NCBI GenBank assembly: GCA_039096225.1
Contig: JBBPEB010000015.1
Span: 1,240,001 to 1,304,000, forward strand
DNA length: 64,000 bases
Origin: Blastocystis sp. Blastoise
Taxonomy: Eukaryota; Protista; Bigyra: Opalinata
Direction of reading: 5' to 3'
Below, piece by piece: positions 17,751 to 32,700 of this stretch; position 1 is the first letter of the stretch, and each line of letters begins with the position of its first letter. The notes under the pieces are model-generated. The model was not told the origin of the DNA and made no database searches. It saw only the letters and a program-made list of their open reading frames with translations. A program made the translations under genes and the position numbers.

Positions 17751-19682
17751 ATGTCACAAAAGTCGTTTGACTATTGTCAATGTTGTAAGTTGTCACATAA
17801 TCTTGGAAGAAAACATCTTTATACAAAACGGCATTGCCAAAATTTAACAAATTGGTATAATCGTCAGTTAGAAAGGATGAAAGAAGTTCTAGATATTGCA
17901 GAGAATTTATATGCACTTGTCTCTACAGTAGAGAGAACTTATTGGTGTGCATTCTGTCACAAAGAAATCAAAGATAGTGGACGTTTTTTAGTGTATTTAC
18001 TTTTTTTATATATATTATTGTATTCTTATTATATATAGAAAGAATGAGTTGTCTCATCTATACTCTGAGGATCATAAAAACAATGTGTATTTATTTATCA
18101 AACAAAATGGAACAAATCATGTTTTCTCCGCTGAACAATTTTTGATTGATGAATCAGTTTACACAAATGTATTGCTTATTCCTTATATAATATCTTCCTT
18201 TATAAAATATGTTCCTATATGTTTTGTTTTTTTATATAAAATGAATTTGTTTTCTATTTTTCTTCTTTTCTATATCCTTAAAAATATATATACCTTAATA
18301 AATATTATTTCTTAACTACATTTATTACTATACTCTCTTAGTATATGAATCGATGTCAAGAAATATTAGATAAAGAAATGAAGACAAATTTAGGTTTTTC
18401 TCTTTCTTCTTCACTTTCTTCGCTAACAACTGATATTCAGAGTATACAACAAAAAGATATATCTACTTCTATTCCCATCGGTCCTCAAAGACCTTCAAAA
18501 GAAGAAATAGAAGAAGAAGAACAAAAACGATATAAAGAAAAGGAAAAGGAGCAATTGGAGAGTGAACAACGTCTATTAAATCAAATAGAACAAGTATATC
18601 CCTATCAAAATATACATAGTCTCCTTCCTCTCTATACACTTCAATCTCTTCTTTCTCTACCTAAACAATGCAACTCACTTGTAACCGCAGATTTAAAGAT
18701 TCATACTGTATGTTATGCTGATTATTATTCTTTATATTATGATTAGTTTATTATGTTTTTTTTTTAATTATAATAATAATTCTCTTTATTATATTTATTA
18801 TTATCTTTATTATAATAATTTTTCTATATAATTATTATCTTTACTATAATTATTATTCTCTTTATTATCATTATAATCTTTTTGTTAGTACTCATTATAA
18901 TAATAATATCATGAACAATAAACAAATATTTATCCTCTTTTATTTAGTATACAACAGAAAAAGGTATAGAACAAAATCCAACAGGATTTAATTCCCGCGG
19001 GAAACGTGTATGGGGTGGTGGTCAAGTAGAGACTCCCCGTAATTCATGGGTATTATGGCCAATTGATATGATGTATATATGTCTATATAAAGATAAGTTG
19101 ATCATGGAGAAGAAGAAACAAGAAAAAGAAGAAGAAGAAAAGTATATAAATAAATTAAAAGGAGAAATTGATCCAATGAACTATTTAACTATCAAAAGAA
19201 GAGGAGAGAAATATGATATTGATGATGATAATGATAATTATAATTATAATGATAATGATGATAATGGAATAGAGAATAGAAACAGAAATGAAACAGAAGA
19301 AGAGAAACGACCTAAGAATAATCAATTAACAAGAATAAATATAAAGAAAACAGTTCCTTTATCGTGTGGTACTATTCATAATAATATAGGTATGCCTCCA
19401 TGGTTATTATCTTCTCCAGATACATCTACGAAGCAATTATTAGAATATATAAAGAAGAAGAAGAAGAGTGGGATTGACCCTCATTATCCTAAAAAGCTAC
19501 GTGCTATTGATATTGGCGTTCTTAGAGATTATGAAATGCCTGAAGGGTATAGATATATATATATATATAGACTATTCACTATTTATTCTATTATATATAT
19601 ATTCTTATATATATATTCTATTATATATATATATTACTGAAGTATTATATGTATATAAAAAAGAGTAAATTACATATATATG

Positions 19683-19735
<53 letters not shown>

Positions 19736-19924
19736 CACTATTTATTCTATTATATATATAGTATGCATTCCTCTGTGGATTGGTTACCTAATTTCGGCAG
19801 TGTTTGGGAACATGGATCTCGATATGAAGGACGAAAGAACTTCTTAGAAAGATATAGAAACAATAAACAAGATACTGCATCAAGTATAGATTCACACTCT
19901 ACAGAGAAAGATAATAATAAATAA
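17751..19924 (+). CDS. CENATAC: Centrosomal AT-AC splicing factor (CENATAC/CCDC84), minor spliceosome component
   Basis: Two N-terminal zinc fingers (CQCCKLSHNLGRKHLYTKRH; WCAFC...HLYSEDH) and C-terminal motifs TIHNNIGMPPWL and DWLPNFGSVWEHGSR, matching the CCDC84 signatures NIHSGATPPW and WLPSFGRVWNNGRR. Confidence 0.88.
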
Positions 19925-20715
19925 TAAATAATATTATATATTTCATTATAAATTATATTTCTCTCTATTCTTAAAATGTAATATAATATAAAAAGAAGAT
20001 ATATAAATCAACGTGAAATGTTTTCAATAACACTTAATGAATCACAAAAATTCTTTTCAAATAAACAAAATAGATATATACAATTATTGTATATATCTTA
20101 ATGAATATTATGTATATGTTTAACATATTTTATAGTTATGTTCTGTTGTTTTTCGATTATAGATAAGAGTTTGAATCCACAATCTAAAATTTATAAAGAT
20201 GTTGAAAAATAAATATATTTAAATATATATATATAACGTTTGAGCAAATACTATTTTAAGATAATTTATATAATTTATTAATTAAAAATTATTTTATTAT
20301 TCTAAAAAAAGTGATGAATTCTAAAATATAACTACCCAATCGTATATGTGAAAATTACTTTTAAAAAGTCTCGTATATATATATGTACAAACACAACAAA
20401 GAAATGAACAAGAAAACTTTAATACTTTAGTAAAAACTTAAAAAATAAGATATTAAAGAGAGAGTGAAGAAGAAGAGAATATACAAGTGTAAAAGGAGAT
20501 GATAAGGAAAAGGAAAAGAAACAGAAAATAATAAATAAATATATATACATATATATATATACAAAATATAAATATAGTGTTGATAATCATCATAATAAAC
20601 GATAATATAAATAGTATTTTATTTAATATAAATAATATACAACATATACATAAAGAATCATATAGATAGCAGAACAATAAAATATATGTATAATTTATCC
20701 ATATATATACTATTA

Positions 20716-22631
20716 TTAATCTTCAATACCTCCAACCATTCTTGCCCAAGTTCCGAATGTACTTCCAGCTGTACATACAACGACATGACATCTTGCTAAT
20801 AAATAGGCTTCAATAATAGCATCATAAGAAGCTTGACTCACTTCTTTAAGAGAAGAAGTACCTATATGATCTATAGCAGCGTTATAAGTAACTATGTAAT
20901 TAGGATATTTCTCTTTTAGTATTTTCTTTAATTCGTTTGAATCAGATACTACAAACCTAAAGAGAATATATAGAAAAATAATATAAAGAAGAATAGATAC
21001 TATTATAGAGAAAGATATCGATAATTAATTATTTAGATAACAATGAATAACAATAATATTGAATAAACGAGCATAATGAATATATTAATAATGCAATAAT
21101 ATATATTAAATAAGAAAGAAATGAATGAATAGCTATATAATAACAAAAAATACAATATATAAAAAAATAAAGATAGATATAAAAAATAAGTATAAAAAGT
21201 AATAATATTATATTTAATACTAAGTATAATAAGTATAATAATATATATATACCATTTAATAGGTTGTCCATAATTACGAGAGAGTAATTCCATTTTCTTT
21301 AACATTTGCTCTATAGCTTCTCCATCTAATAATGGCTTAGAACGTCCTTTAATAAAACTAGCTTTATTTCCTGTACGTAATTGAAGACCTAAGTAATTCC
21401 CGCGGGGAAGAGTAAGTGCTGCATCATTAATCATACGTTGTAATGGATCAACAGGTTTCACAATTTGAGATAACATCATATGTCGAATGGCTTCAATCTT
21501 AGTATGTGAATAAGGCTGTTCAAATATACCCATAGCTTTTAATGTAGGCTGCATAAAAGGTACATGCATAAAGAAATCCATTATACGTAAGCAAGTATCA
21601 TAATAAACATCTGTAGTATGGAATGTAGCATATAAAGTGGAAGGAGTAGGATGTTCTAAAGGAGTACTATCGTGATATGTTGTATAATCCGCTGTTAAGG
21701 TTTCTATATATAGGCATATATAGATATAAATATACAACAAAGAAAATGAATAACAAATTATATAGAGTAACTAAATATTATATATATATATAAACTTTAA
21801 AATCTACATAATTATATAAAGTTATTCTCTTCATAATGAATTCGATCTTTTTAAATACAAAAAGATATTAATGATATATATATATAGTTACCTTTACAAT
21901 TAGTACTTCTGACAGGAATAGTAAATTGAATATATTCTGCCATCGCAGGCCAATCACACACTACATATATATATATATAAGAATTTATTTTTAATTTCTA
22001 TAAATTATCTAATTCTTTAACAATTAAAATTATCATAAAAATGATAATATTTAAAAAAAAAAGATGATGCTTTCTTACCTTCAAAAGCTCTATCAGTTAC
22101 CATAGCTAAAAACATGGCATGCGTCATACATAAGAAACGATTTCCAAAACCTGAATTTGCAGGCTTATAAATGACACGACGAAGTGGACGTCTTCCATTA
22201 TACATATCATCAACAATCTTACGATAATTATCAATATATGTCTTACTTGATGGATGAGCTTTATATAATATATATATATAAATAAATATTTTCGAATTAG
22301 ATATTGTCAAAAGAAATAAAGATATAATAAGATAAAATATATGATCAGCAAGATCTTTACAGTTCATAATATAATTTAGATATATACGGACGTTGATATG
22401 ATCAAATTGAATAGAATTATTTAATGGAAATTCTCTTTTGACTACAACAGTTTGAGTTTTGGGATGATCTTCTACATCAAGAAATTGTATTTCTTGAAGT
22501 GTGTTTAATTTTAAATAAGCATCTTGAGTTCGGGTTGCTCGATGATGTAAATCAGAAAAATCAAATAAGAGAACTGCTCCAATAAAACAGAAACAACATA
22601 TCAATAGAATATAAGTGAATATGGACTCCAT
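20716..22631 (-). CDS. Type II membrane alpha-fucosyltransferase (GT37/GT23/NodZ-like)
   Basis: N-terminal TM helix, SGFGNRFLC..AMFLAMVTDRAF, motif I YLGLQLRTG, motif II WFVVSDS, motif III EAYLLARC....STFG. Confidence 0.8.
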
Positions 22632-23122
22632 TATATGCAAATATGTATGTGTGTTATGGTAAAAAGAAAAATAGCTATGGATTTTGTTGTTCACCTTTTA
22701 TTATTTTTTAACAATTTATTTCTTGATTTATTAGATATTTAAATTTTTTTAGGTGTAAAAAAATGATTATTGTTTATTGTTTATTAATATGATGTTTTGG
22801 ATACTTATAAGACAATTATTTAGACACCTATTGACAGCTAATATGGTCAGATTGTACATATATGCATTCATTAACACCTGATACTATTTGGAAATATGAT
22901 ACATATTAAATGAGATTTTGATATATAAATAATAGTTGACAATTAGTGGACATGATAATTCTGGTCTTCTTTAAAAACAGATTATATATCATTTATTATT
23001 CACAAAACACCGAGACAAGCTTATATAAGCAAACGAATCATGAAGAAAAACATAAAAAAAAAAGAAAATAGTATAAAAACAGAAAAATAGAAAAGAAACA
23101 ATAAAAATAAATCGTTTTTCAA

Positions 23123-24369
23123 TTAGAAATACTGTTGAAGACTATAAATTCTTGAAGGTGTCATCAATAACTATATAAGTAAAGAATATTTTATTATATA
23201 AATAATTAGAAAGAATAGTAGTGTTGGGATAAATATAAATATATAAATATAATATATATATATATATATATATATAATAAAAAAAAATATTAAATAAATA
23301 AATAAATATAATTATATACAAAGAATATCATCTTTATTTTCATGTAAATAAGTAAAAACAATATCATCTAAATCATCTACCCCACCTATAGTACATAACG
23401 CACTATATATACACCAAGCAGCTAGTGTTCGACTATTATAAAGTAAACAAAGATTCGTTAAACATCTATAGTAATATAGGTTTTATTCATATATATATAA
23501 ATGAATAAAATGTGTTATTCTATGAATAATAAAAAACAGAATATTAATAAGATATAATAAATATATATATACGAAATAATAAATTTAATTATATATATAT
23601 ATATACAATTCATTAGCAAATATCCATGCATATTGAGTAACATTATCATTTATTTGATAGACTATAATAATAATATATATACGAATAATAAAATATATAT
23701 ATACTTATAGAAAAAAATAATAATATATTATATATATACTCGCATCAGTAATTTCTTGAAAGCTTTTTTTAAATTCTAATATATATTGATAAGGTTGGTC
23801 TACAACTAGATCAAATGATAATGTATTTAATATTAATCGTTCAGCTACTAATACATTCATTTTCTTAATCTCATAAAACTATAAAAATGGTAACAATAGA
23901 AATATAGAGTAAATATATATCAGTTTATCATAAATATTCAATACAGATATACATAATTATAAATAAAATTAGCAAACATACAGGACCATAAGTATTTGGA
24001 GATGATTCTGATGGATTTAATAACTTATATGCCTTAACAACAAGCATACCTGGAGGTTTCACATTCTCATCAACTTTTGAAGCAAGCAAAACACAACCTT
24101 GAGCAATGACCTACAAGATAAAAAAATGAAACAAATATATATACATCACGATCATGAACTTTCAATGATTGTAACATAAAGAATCTCCTAAGATATACGG
24201 AAGCCGTTACAGCAACAAAAGGCTGAATGTCTAGTTCTTTGCATAAGGCTTGAATAAACTTACAAGAATTGTACAAAGCTTCTTTTTCTTCATTCTCAGG
24301 TATTCCATCTCTGATTGATGGTGAATTCAGTATTTCTTCTTTTGTAAATATCCAATTGTTATGAGACAT
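23123..24369 (-). CDS. Transcriptional cyclin (cyclin T/K family)
   Basis: WIFTKEEILNSPSIRDGI, TASVYLRRFFMLQS, CVLLASKVDE, ERLILNTLSFDLVVDQPY. About 6 exons. Confidence 0.9.
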
Positions 24370-25084
24370 ATCTGTTTTTGTACAACAATATAAATCTATT
24401 TTTTTAAAGTTGAAAATATAATATTTATTATTAATCTATTGTGTTTCTTGATAAAAAACTACTTTTCTCTTAAAAAATGATAATAAACAAGGGAACTTCT
24501 TAATAATATTTTTTTACTTACTTTGATTCAAGGCCCATTTATAAGTTGTCTGTAGAAATGTGATATATGTAGAATCCATAGGCAGACCACATGTTATTCA
24601 AATATTCAAAAATAAGTTCTATGAAGATAATTTGGAATTATTTATAATTTTGTAAAGTATTCTATAGTATCAGGCAATATACGTATTATTGCTAGTATAC
24701 CTGATTATTATTATTATATATATAAATAGTCATTGTTTCATTTCATTTTTGTCTAATGTGTAGTTACAATCAATAGAATAAATGCTAATAGGATAGATTT
24801 ATTTTATTTAATACTTCTGTGTTCACTTATTATAGAACCTAATTTTCTTATTATAATTGTAAACATTTTTTTTACAAGAGATAAAACATGAAAACTATAA
24901 ATATTATAAAGTAAATAATGATTGTGCAAAATCAAATATATATTCTTTGAATAATACAATAAATGAGATGAACAGTCAACTATATAACCATTGAAGACAA
25001 GACAACAAAAGCTAATAAAAGACTCAATATTCCTGTCCAAAAAGAACAATAATGGATAAGTTTTTATTTCAATGCTATTGATCT

Positions 25085-26072
25085 TTATAAATATTTTTTT
25101 CCACACTTCGAGATTTCATTACATGTGCAATTCATAGGACATGTATAAATACCTCTTTTATTTAGTCTATTGTTTGCAGCAGTATATAGAGATATAAAAG
25201 TATTACTAGTAACATCTAAGGATGGATTATATCTCCAAAAAGTACCTATATATAGTTATTATAGAGTTATTTATATAATTATTAGTCATTATAGAGTTAT
25301 TTATATAATTATTAGTCATTATAGAGTTATTTAAATAATATTAGTTATTATAGAGTTATTTATATAATTATTAGTTATAATAAGGTTAATAATCTATACT
25401 TATCCGAAGCTACTATGATTAATAATAATAATTATTATATGTATATATATATATATACCAGCTCCGACAATGGCTCTAGGATAGATAAGAGAGAGCATGG
25501 ATTCTTCAAATTGAGTATCATGTTCTCTATAATATAACTGCCAACCTACGGGTTTACCGCCACTATAGGCGCCACATTGAGCAGCATAACAATAATTATC
25601 AGTCCACATAGATATCTATACATATATATATATAGAATGTTATGTGCTATTAATAGTAAAGTTATACATGTTTGAATAATAGAATGATATTATTTTAAAT
25701 ATTGACTAAAAATATATATAAATATATATAAATAAACAAATATATTTATATACTTCTCCTCCAAATAAAATATTTTTATTATTATAACACTTTGTGATAG
25801 TACCTAGATTTGTCCATATATCTTTAGGACTAATATTTAATTTATTTAAATAAAAATGACGATTTCGATTCTCAATAGCATCATATCCAAGAGATAATAT
25901 TTCAGGATTATGATGATTATTCCATCCATTAACAACTCCTTCTTTAATCATACTGTGTTTAATAAATAAGGATTCCTCCCAAGCAATCGGTCTCTTACCT
26001 AATTTATTATATACAAAGTCAAATATTTGTTTTTCAAAATCAGCAGCAGTTTGAACATTACAAACACCTATA

Positions 26073-26104
<32 letters not shown>

Positions 26105-27227
26105 AATTCATAAATATACCAATGGTTTCAGTTTCATCACATCCTAAGTGAACGAAAGGTTCAGGGAAAAGAGAAAGAATCTCCTCTAATAAGGTTGATA
26201 ATACTTTAAATGAACGACCTTCTTTATCACCATATAATTGTTTCTTTGAACTATCACAGAATTGCATTCCTACTTCGGCTAATGCTTTAAATCCCATACT
26301 ATGTCCCGGAATATCGATTTCAGGAATAACACGAACACCACGAAGACGGGCATATTCAATAATATCTTTAATCTCTTCTTGAGTATAGAATCCATCATGA
26401 TCTCCTACTAATAAAGAAGTTAATTGAGGATAGATCTTCGACTCTATAGCAACACGAGCCCAATCGGATAAATGGAAATGTAATACATTCAACTTATTAT
26501 AAGGCATAGAATCAATCACCATTTTTATCTAGAATATAAATAAGATTTAAAAGTAAAATAAATATAAATATAAATATAAAAATATAATAAATAAAAATAT
26601 AAATAAAATAACAATATAAATACAGTATGAAGAGGGCTGAATCTTCTTCCTGTATCAATCATAATACCTCTATGATTATAAGTAGGTTCATCTTCTATTG
26701 ATATATGATTATGTTCAAGTTTGCCTTCTTCAATTATTTCAGAAAGTGTTTCTAAACCATAAAGAGCACCATAAGGAGTCTTAGCAGAGATCTTACCGTT
26801 ATCACTATATTATATATATTATTAATATTCAATATAATATATAATAGGATACAGAAAATAATATTTATATATATACCCATCAATCTTGATTTCATAACTA
26901 TAATCAGTATCATAACCTAAAGCAGCGTCGTCATTTTCAACTTCAATAACAATATACTTAAGCCCATTATCTTCTTTACCTATACCAATAAATTCAGAGT
27001 ATCTAGTGATAGCAGAAACAACAACATCAGACTTAGATTCAGATTGAATAACAAATAATTTAGAAAGGTTGATAGCATCTCCTTCTTCAGTAATCTTCTT
27101 AGGAAGAGGCCAAATATTTGCAGCAGTACTTAGTCTAAATAATAGAAAAGAAATAGTTAGGCTCCTAGATATTCATGAAGTCTACATACACAACAAAAAC
27201 ACAAAAAAAAACATATAAAACTCTCAT
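25085..27227 (-). CDS. Secreted beta-N-acetylhexosaminidase (GH20)
   Basis: Signal peptide, IWPLPK, YGALYGLETLS, HRGIMIDTGRRF, KLNVLHFHLSD, RGVRVIPEIDIPGH, catalytic HLGCDE, GGE..MWTD, IYPRA, Cys-rich C-terminal tail. Confidence 0.95.
25250..25380. repeat. About 30-bp minisatellite x4 in last hexosaminidase intron
   Basis: atagagttatttatataattattagtcatt units. Confidence 0.85.
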
Positions 27228-29721
27228 AATTATAAAAAAAATAAAGAAATGAATTCTATACGAAACATAAAAATGAAATCCCTTTTTAATTGTGGAAACT
27301 ATTTGACTTTTTTCCTTTCTTGGGATTATAATTATCCTTTTAGAGTAGGTCAAGAAAACTCTTTCACAATACACTTTTTCCAAGAGAATCCGTTTTAGGA
27401 ATACATGTGGGAATTTTTTGGGTAGAATAAGAAATCTTTAGGGTAGGCTGTTTCAGGTAGGTAGAATTTGGCAAACACTACAATTACCTTAGCGATTTAT
27501 AAAAAAAAGAAAAATGAATACCTATACAACATGATATAAAGAAAAATGTTGAATTTCACTTTATTTTTTAATATACTAATTATAGAATCATGATAAATGT
27601 ATGATATTATATGCATCTATATTGTGTTATTAAATATATTTTAAAATACTGATGAAAACAAGTACTATGAATCCTATGATACGTTTAGTAACTTATAGTT
27701 TATTAATAAAGACACATCTTCAGAATTTATGGATCTTTAAAAATCTTTTTATTCAATAGAAAATATGAATATCACGATTTTATCATTAATTATGTTGCTT
27801 TATATGCAACAACTGTCAGTGTTTCTAGTAAAAGTTTCTAAAACAATCTTTGCTCGTTATATATATAAACGAAAAACATAGATAAGTAATACTATAAGTC
27901 GAACTTACAAAAATTGTTTTTTAAATAAAACAACAAAATTAATTTGAGAATAATTGTAAAATAAAACTTGAATTGATTAATACGTAAATTGTTTATAAAT
28001 ATGAATTAAATAAACATTGATGAATTTGGTTAAAGTTAAAAAAAAAATGAAAATTAAAAAAAGTGTTAAATGGTGTGTATTAAATTGTTGACAAGTTAAC
28101 GTCATGATAAATGTTATTTATAAATAATGTTTATATATAATATGATATCAATACATTTTATAGAAATCGTAATGTGGAAATAAAGTGTGATGAATCAAGT
28201 GTGAAAAAAAAATGTGTATGTTCTTGAAATGTATGTATATATATAGAAAAATGATTTCTATAAAATGATTGATTCAATGAAAGCTAATAAAAGTTGATAC
28301 ATAAAATGAATTTGCAGAATATATGTGTATGGATGTATATAAAAGATTGATAAGATATTTACATATATTATATATATAAATATATATAATACATGAAAAA
28401 ATAAAAATAAATTGAATTATTATATGTATTTACTTGTAAATAAAAACGTAAAATAGATGTATATAATGATTCATATAAATATTTCATAAATATATATATG
28501 TATATATCCATATCTATTTACGAAAATCTTGAAAGAAAGACATAAAAATGATATATATATATATATATAACTCATGAAATATATGTTAAAAATATTTATT
28601 TATATATAGAAAGGGTATAAAAAGTATAATAAAGAGTATCTATTTATATAATAAAAAAAAACACCATAAAAATTGTTACTCTATTAGATATGTAAATTTA
28701 TATTATTATAAAGAATTATTATGATTAAATATATCTTTAATACTAATAAAATCTATAAAAAAATATACAATCTAATCTAGAAAAACCAAAAATAACTGAT
28801 ACATGCATATATAGATATATAAATTAATAAAGGTGATAACAAGAATAAAATAACATATATATATATATATTGTAGAAAGAATGTTAAATAATGTAAAAAA
28901 CACACATACATAGAATAAGAATATTTCAACTGTTTAGAAGCAAACAGGTATATATAATAATACTTATAAAATATATAACAAAAATGTTCGTAAGAGAGAG
29001 AGTTTACGTATTTCATAATGATTAATAAATGTAAATATATTTAAAAAAATAATATTTACAAGAAAACAATATTACATAAATATATACATGTATATTCTAA
29101 TCATTTGAACAATACAGAAATAAGATGTGAAAATAGAAAACAAAATTGAGTATATATATATATATAAATTTGTTAATACAAAATATAATGTAATACATTA
29201 GTATAAAGATTAAAATATGAAAAATAATAATAATAGTAATACAGATTGAATGATTATATAGAAATGTTTAATGATTATATAGAAATGTTGCATATAATAA
29301 TAATATATATATGAATGAAACAATAATATTATAAATATGGAAGATGGTATATCAAATTACTATGAATAATTGAAAATAGAACAAGAAAGAGAAATATTGA
29401 TGATAATAAGCATGTTAAAAAAATCATTATAGTCTCATTATAATGATTAGATAAAGGTAATCTAATATATTCTATAAATATATAATCACAAGAAATATAT
29501 ATATGATAAATTGAAAAAAAAAAATAGTTGAAAAAATAAAGATGAAGATAGTATACGTTTAATAATAATAATAATAAGAATAAGAATAATAATAATAGTG
29601 TAACAAAATTCTATAAATAAAAAGAAAAACTTTGAATAATTGTTCAATGACAATTATATATATATTTGCTGTTCATAAATTATAATAATAATAATATATA
29701 TATATGTAAACAAAAGAGTGT

Positions 29722-32700
29722 TTAAACATTGTAAAGGATATTATTTGTCGCTGATTGTTGTTGAATAGAATTATTTACAGAATAGAGAGCTGTTGAAGAA
29801 TAAGAAGGAATTAAAATAGTTCCAGGAGATATAGTATACATAGGTGTAGAAGATGTTTGTGGAATAGATGATGAGATAGGAGTAAAATAAGGGAAAGTAG
29901 AAGGTGTTTTAGAATAGTTTGTATATAAAAGAGAAGGATTGACTTCACAGGAAGATATAGGATACACATTGGAGTTCTGTAGATTCTGAGGATATGCAAT
30001 ATATTGTATTATAGAAGGATAAGAAGAGAGATTAGGATAGGACTGTATATATAGATTATTATTACTGTTATGTGTAGAGGACTCAGTTGAATATATATTT
30101 TGTATGTTTGAAGAGATATTAGATATATCAGATAAAATTGAATTATTAATACACTTATTATTATCAATATTTTTAGATAACACTTCATCTACATTGTTTA
30201 ATGATTCATTTTTCTTCTGACTATCTTCAATAGAATCATTATTTGATATAGAGACTGCTTTATTATTACAAGAATGAGTAGTGACATCTGGACTATTTAT
30301 ATTATTATCATGTGTAAATAAAATAGATGAAGATAGACAAGGAGATGAAGGAGAAGAAGAAAATAATGATGAAGAAGATGAATCTGAAGAATCACTACGT
30401 TGTCGTTGACTAGACTCGGATTTCTGCTCATAATTTAATAATTGTTTATCGAATTCTGAGGTATTATATATTCCCAAAAATGTATTATCTTTCCAAGGTA
30501 AACTTATATTAGCTATTGTATTATTATTAGTATTCTTTAATGAAATAATAGGTTGCGAATAAGATATTTCTTGATGAATATATGAATTATTAATATCATG
30601 AGATATATTCGTATTTAATGAATTCTCAGAAGACGAAATATATTGATTTGTTGATCCTTGTATACAGGATGTTGTAGACTTATCGAATGCAGCAGGTAAT
30701 GAAATAATAGAAGGAGAGGAAGTAGTAGAGGAAGCTGATAAAGTATTAATAGTATTATTACTATTAACATTTAGTACTTTATTATCATAGTTATCAATAG
30801 AATTCGATTTATTATTATCAACTTGACTTGTACTAGTTGGTGTTGAGTAATAGATATCTTTTACTTCTGGAAGTTTTGGACTTGTAATATCATTTTCAGT
30901 ACTACTAGTAGTAGTCTTATTTAATTGATTATCAATAGGAATTGATATAATACTCTTAGAATCATCTTTCATAGAAATACTTGAAGTACTGTTTGTATTT
31001 CTATCTTTAATATGTGTAGTAGTATACAAATCATGTACAGCAGAAGTTAACATAGTAATATTTTGTTTTTGTATTTTAGAAGATAGTTGATCTGCTGATT
31101 TCAATGGTTGATTCGATTGAGTCAGAATCTGTTGATATGGATTCTCTAAAGGAGATTGAAAATAATAAGATACTGTAGATGGATATACATTATAATCATT
31201 TACTAATGAATTAATATATGGATTAGAATCTTTTGTATTCATTAGAGTTGAATCATATACTATCTTACAATTCTTTGTATAAGTCGAACTTGGTTCTACT
31301 ATACAATATTTTGTAGGTGATTTATTTATAGTATTTGATTGTTCTATAGTATTGTCTTCATATTGATCAACAGAAGTACTATAAGTTTTTCTACTTGTAG
31401 TTTTTTTATTTGTTTTTTTATGTTTAATTAAAGGAGAGAAATCAGAAGAAGATAGAGAAGGTGATGAAGAAAAAGATTGAGAAAAAGAGGAAATAGAAGA
31501 AGGAGAATTTGTAGATGTATATAAAGATATAGATGGAGTATGAGTACTAGATGGAGTAGATATAGATAATAAAGAGATAGAAGGAGGAGAAGAAGATGAA
31601 GAAGGAGAAGAAGTAGAAGGTAATTGATATTTTGGAGATAATGAAGGAACAATAGGAGAAGAAGGTAATTGATATTTTGGAGATAATGAAGGAATAATAG
31701 GACAATCATTAGAATTAGAAGAATGAGGAGATAATTGTTTGATATCACTATCATAGACTTTAGGAGAAGAAGATAATGTTTGTAATAAAGTATTAGAATC
31801 ATTATTTAGAAGATGTTCTTGATGAATATCCGTAGTAACTTCCTTATTAAGTAAAGAATCACTATTTGAACTAATCACATCATGAGGATTCTCCCAAAAT
31901 GTAGCAATAGTCTTTTCACTAACAATAAAAGTCTTTTTACAACTTTTATTATTGTTATCTAATAATGACATAGCGCATTTAATATTATCATTTTTCTTCT
32001 CTATTTTAACAGTACTTCTTCGAATATGTCTTTTCTTCTTATGAGTAACTTTCTGAACTGGCTCCATTTTAGTATCAGGGAAAAACGCCACAGATCGCAT
32101 TTCAATTATCTATATATAGAATAGGTATAGGTAGAATATATAATTGTTTAAAATATACTTTTTAAAATATATATATATATATATTATATAATTAATTTTA
32201 ATATACTTTATATATATATATAATATATATATATATATATACATTACGCTTAGCTAAGCAACGAATTTGACTGTGAACCCAATCAGCAGAACGGCGTGCT
32301 AGATACTATATATATATATTATTATTATTTATACTATTAGTTTTAATAATATATATAATTATACATTAATGAACAAATATATATTATAAATAATAGTAAA
32401 ATATATATATACCCAACTAATCTGAGCATAAGTATAATTATGATTATATAAAAATAAAATAGCCTCTGTCTCTTCAGCAGTTATTGAACTATATATATAT
32501 ATATATATATATTTAAGAAAATAAATTTATATATATATTTTAAGAAAATATATCTATATATCTATATATCTATATATCTATATCTATATATATATACTCC
32601 GAACTACCATAAATAGCTCTTAGAAAACGCGAATTGAGTTGATTTCCTGAAAATGCTGGCATTTTTGTAGATAGAATACTCCAATCAACTCGTTTATTCT

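Noticed and set aside
25250-25380. 30-bp repeats resembling a CRISPR array
   Set aside because: No unique spacers; an intronic minisatellite in a eukaryote with no cas genes.
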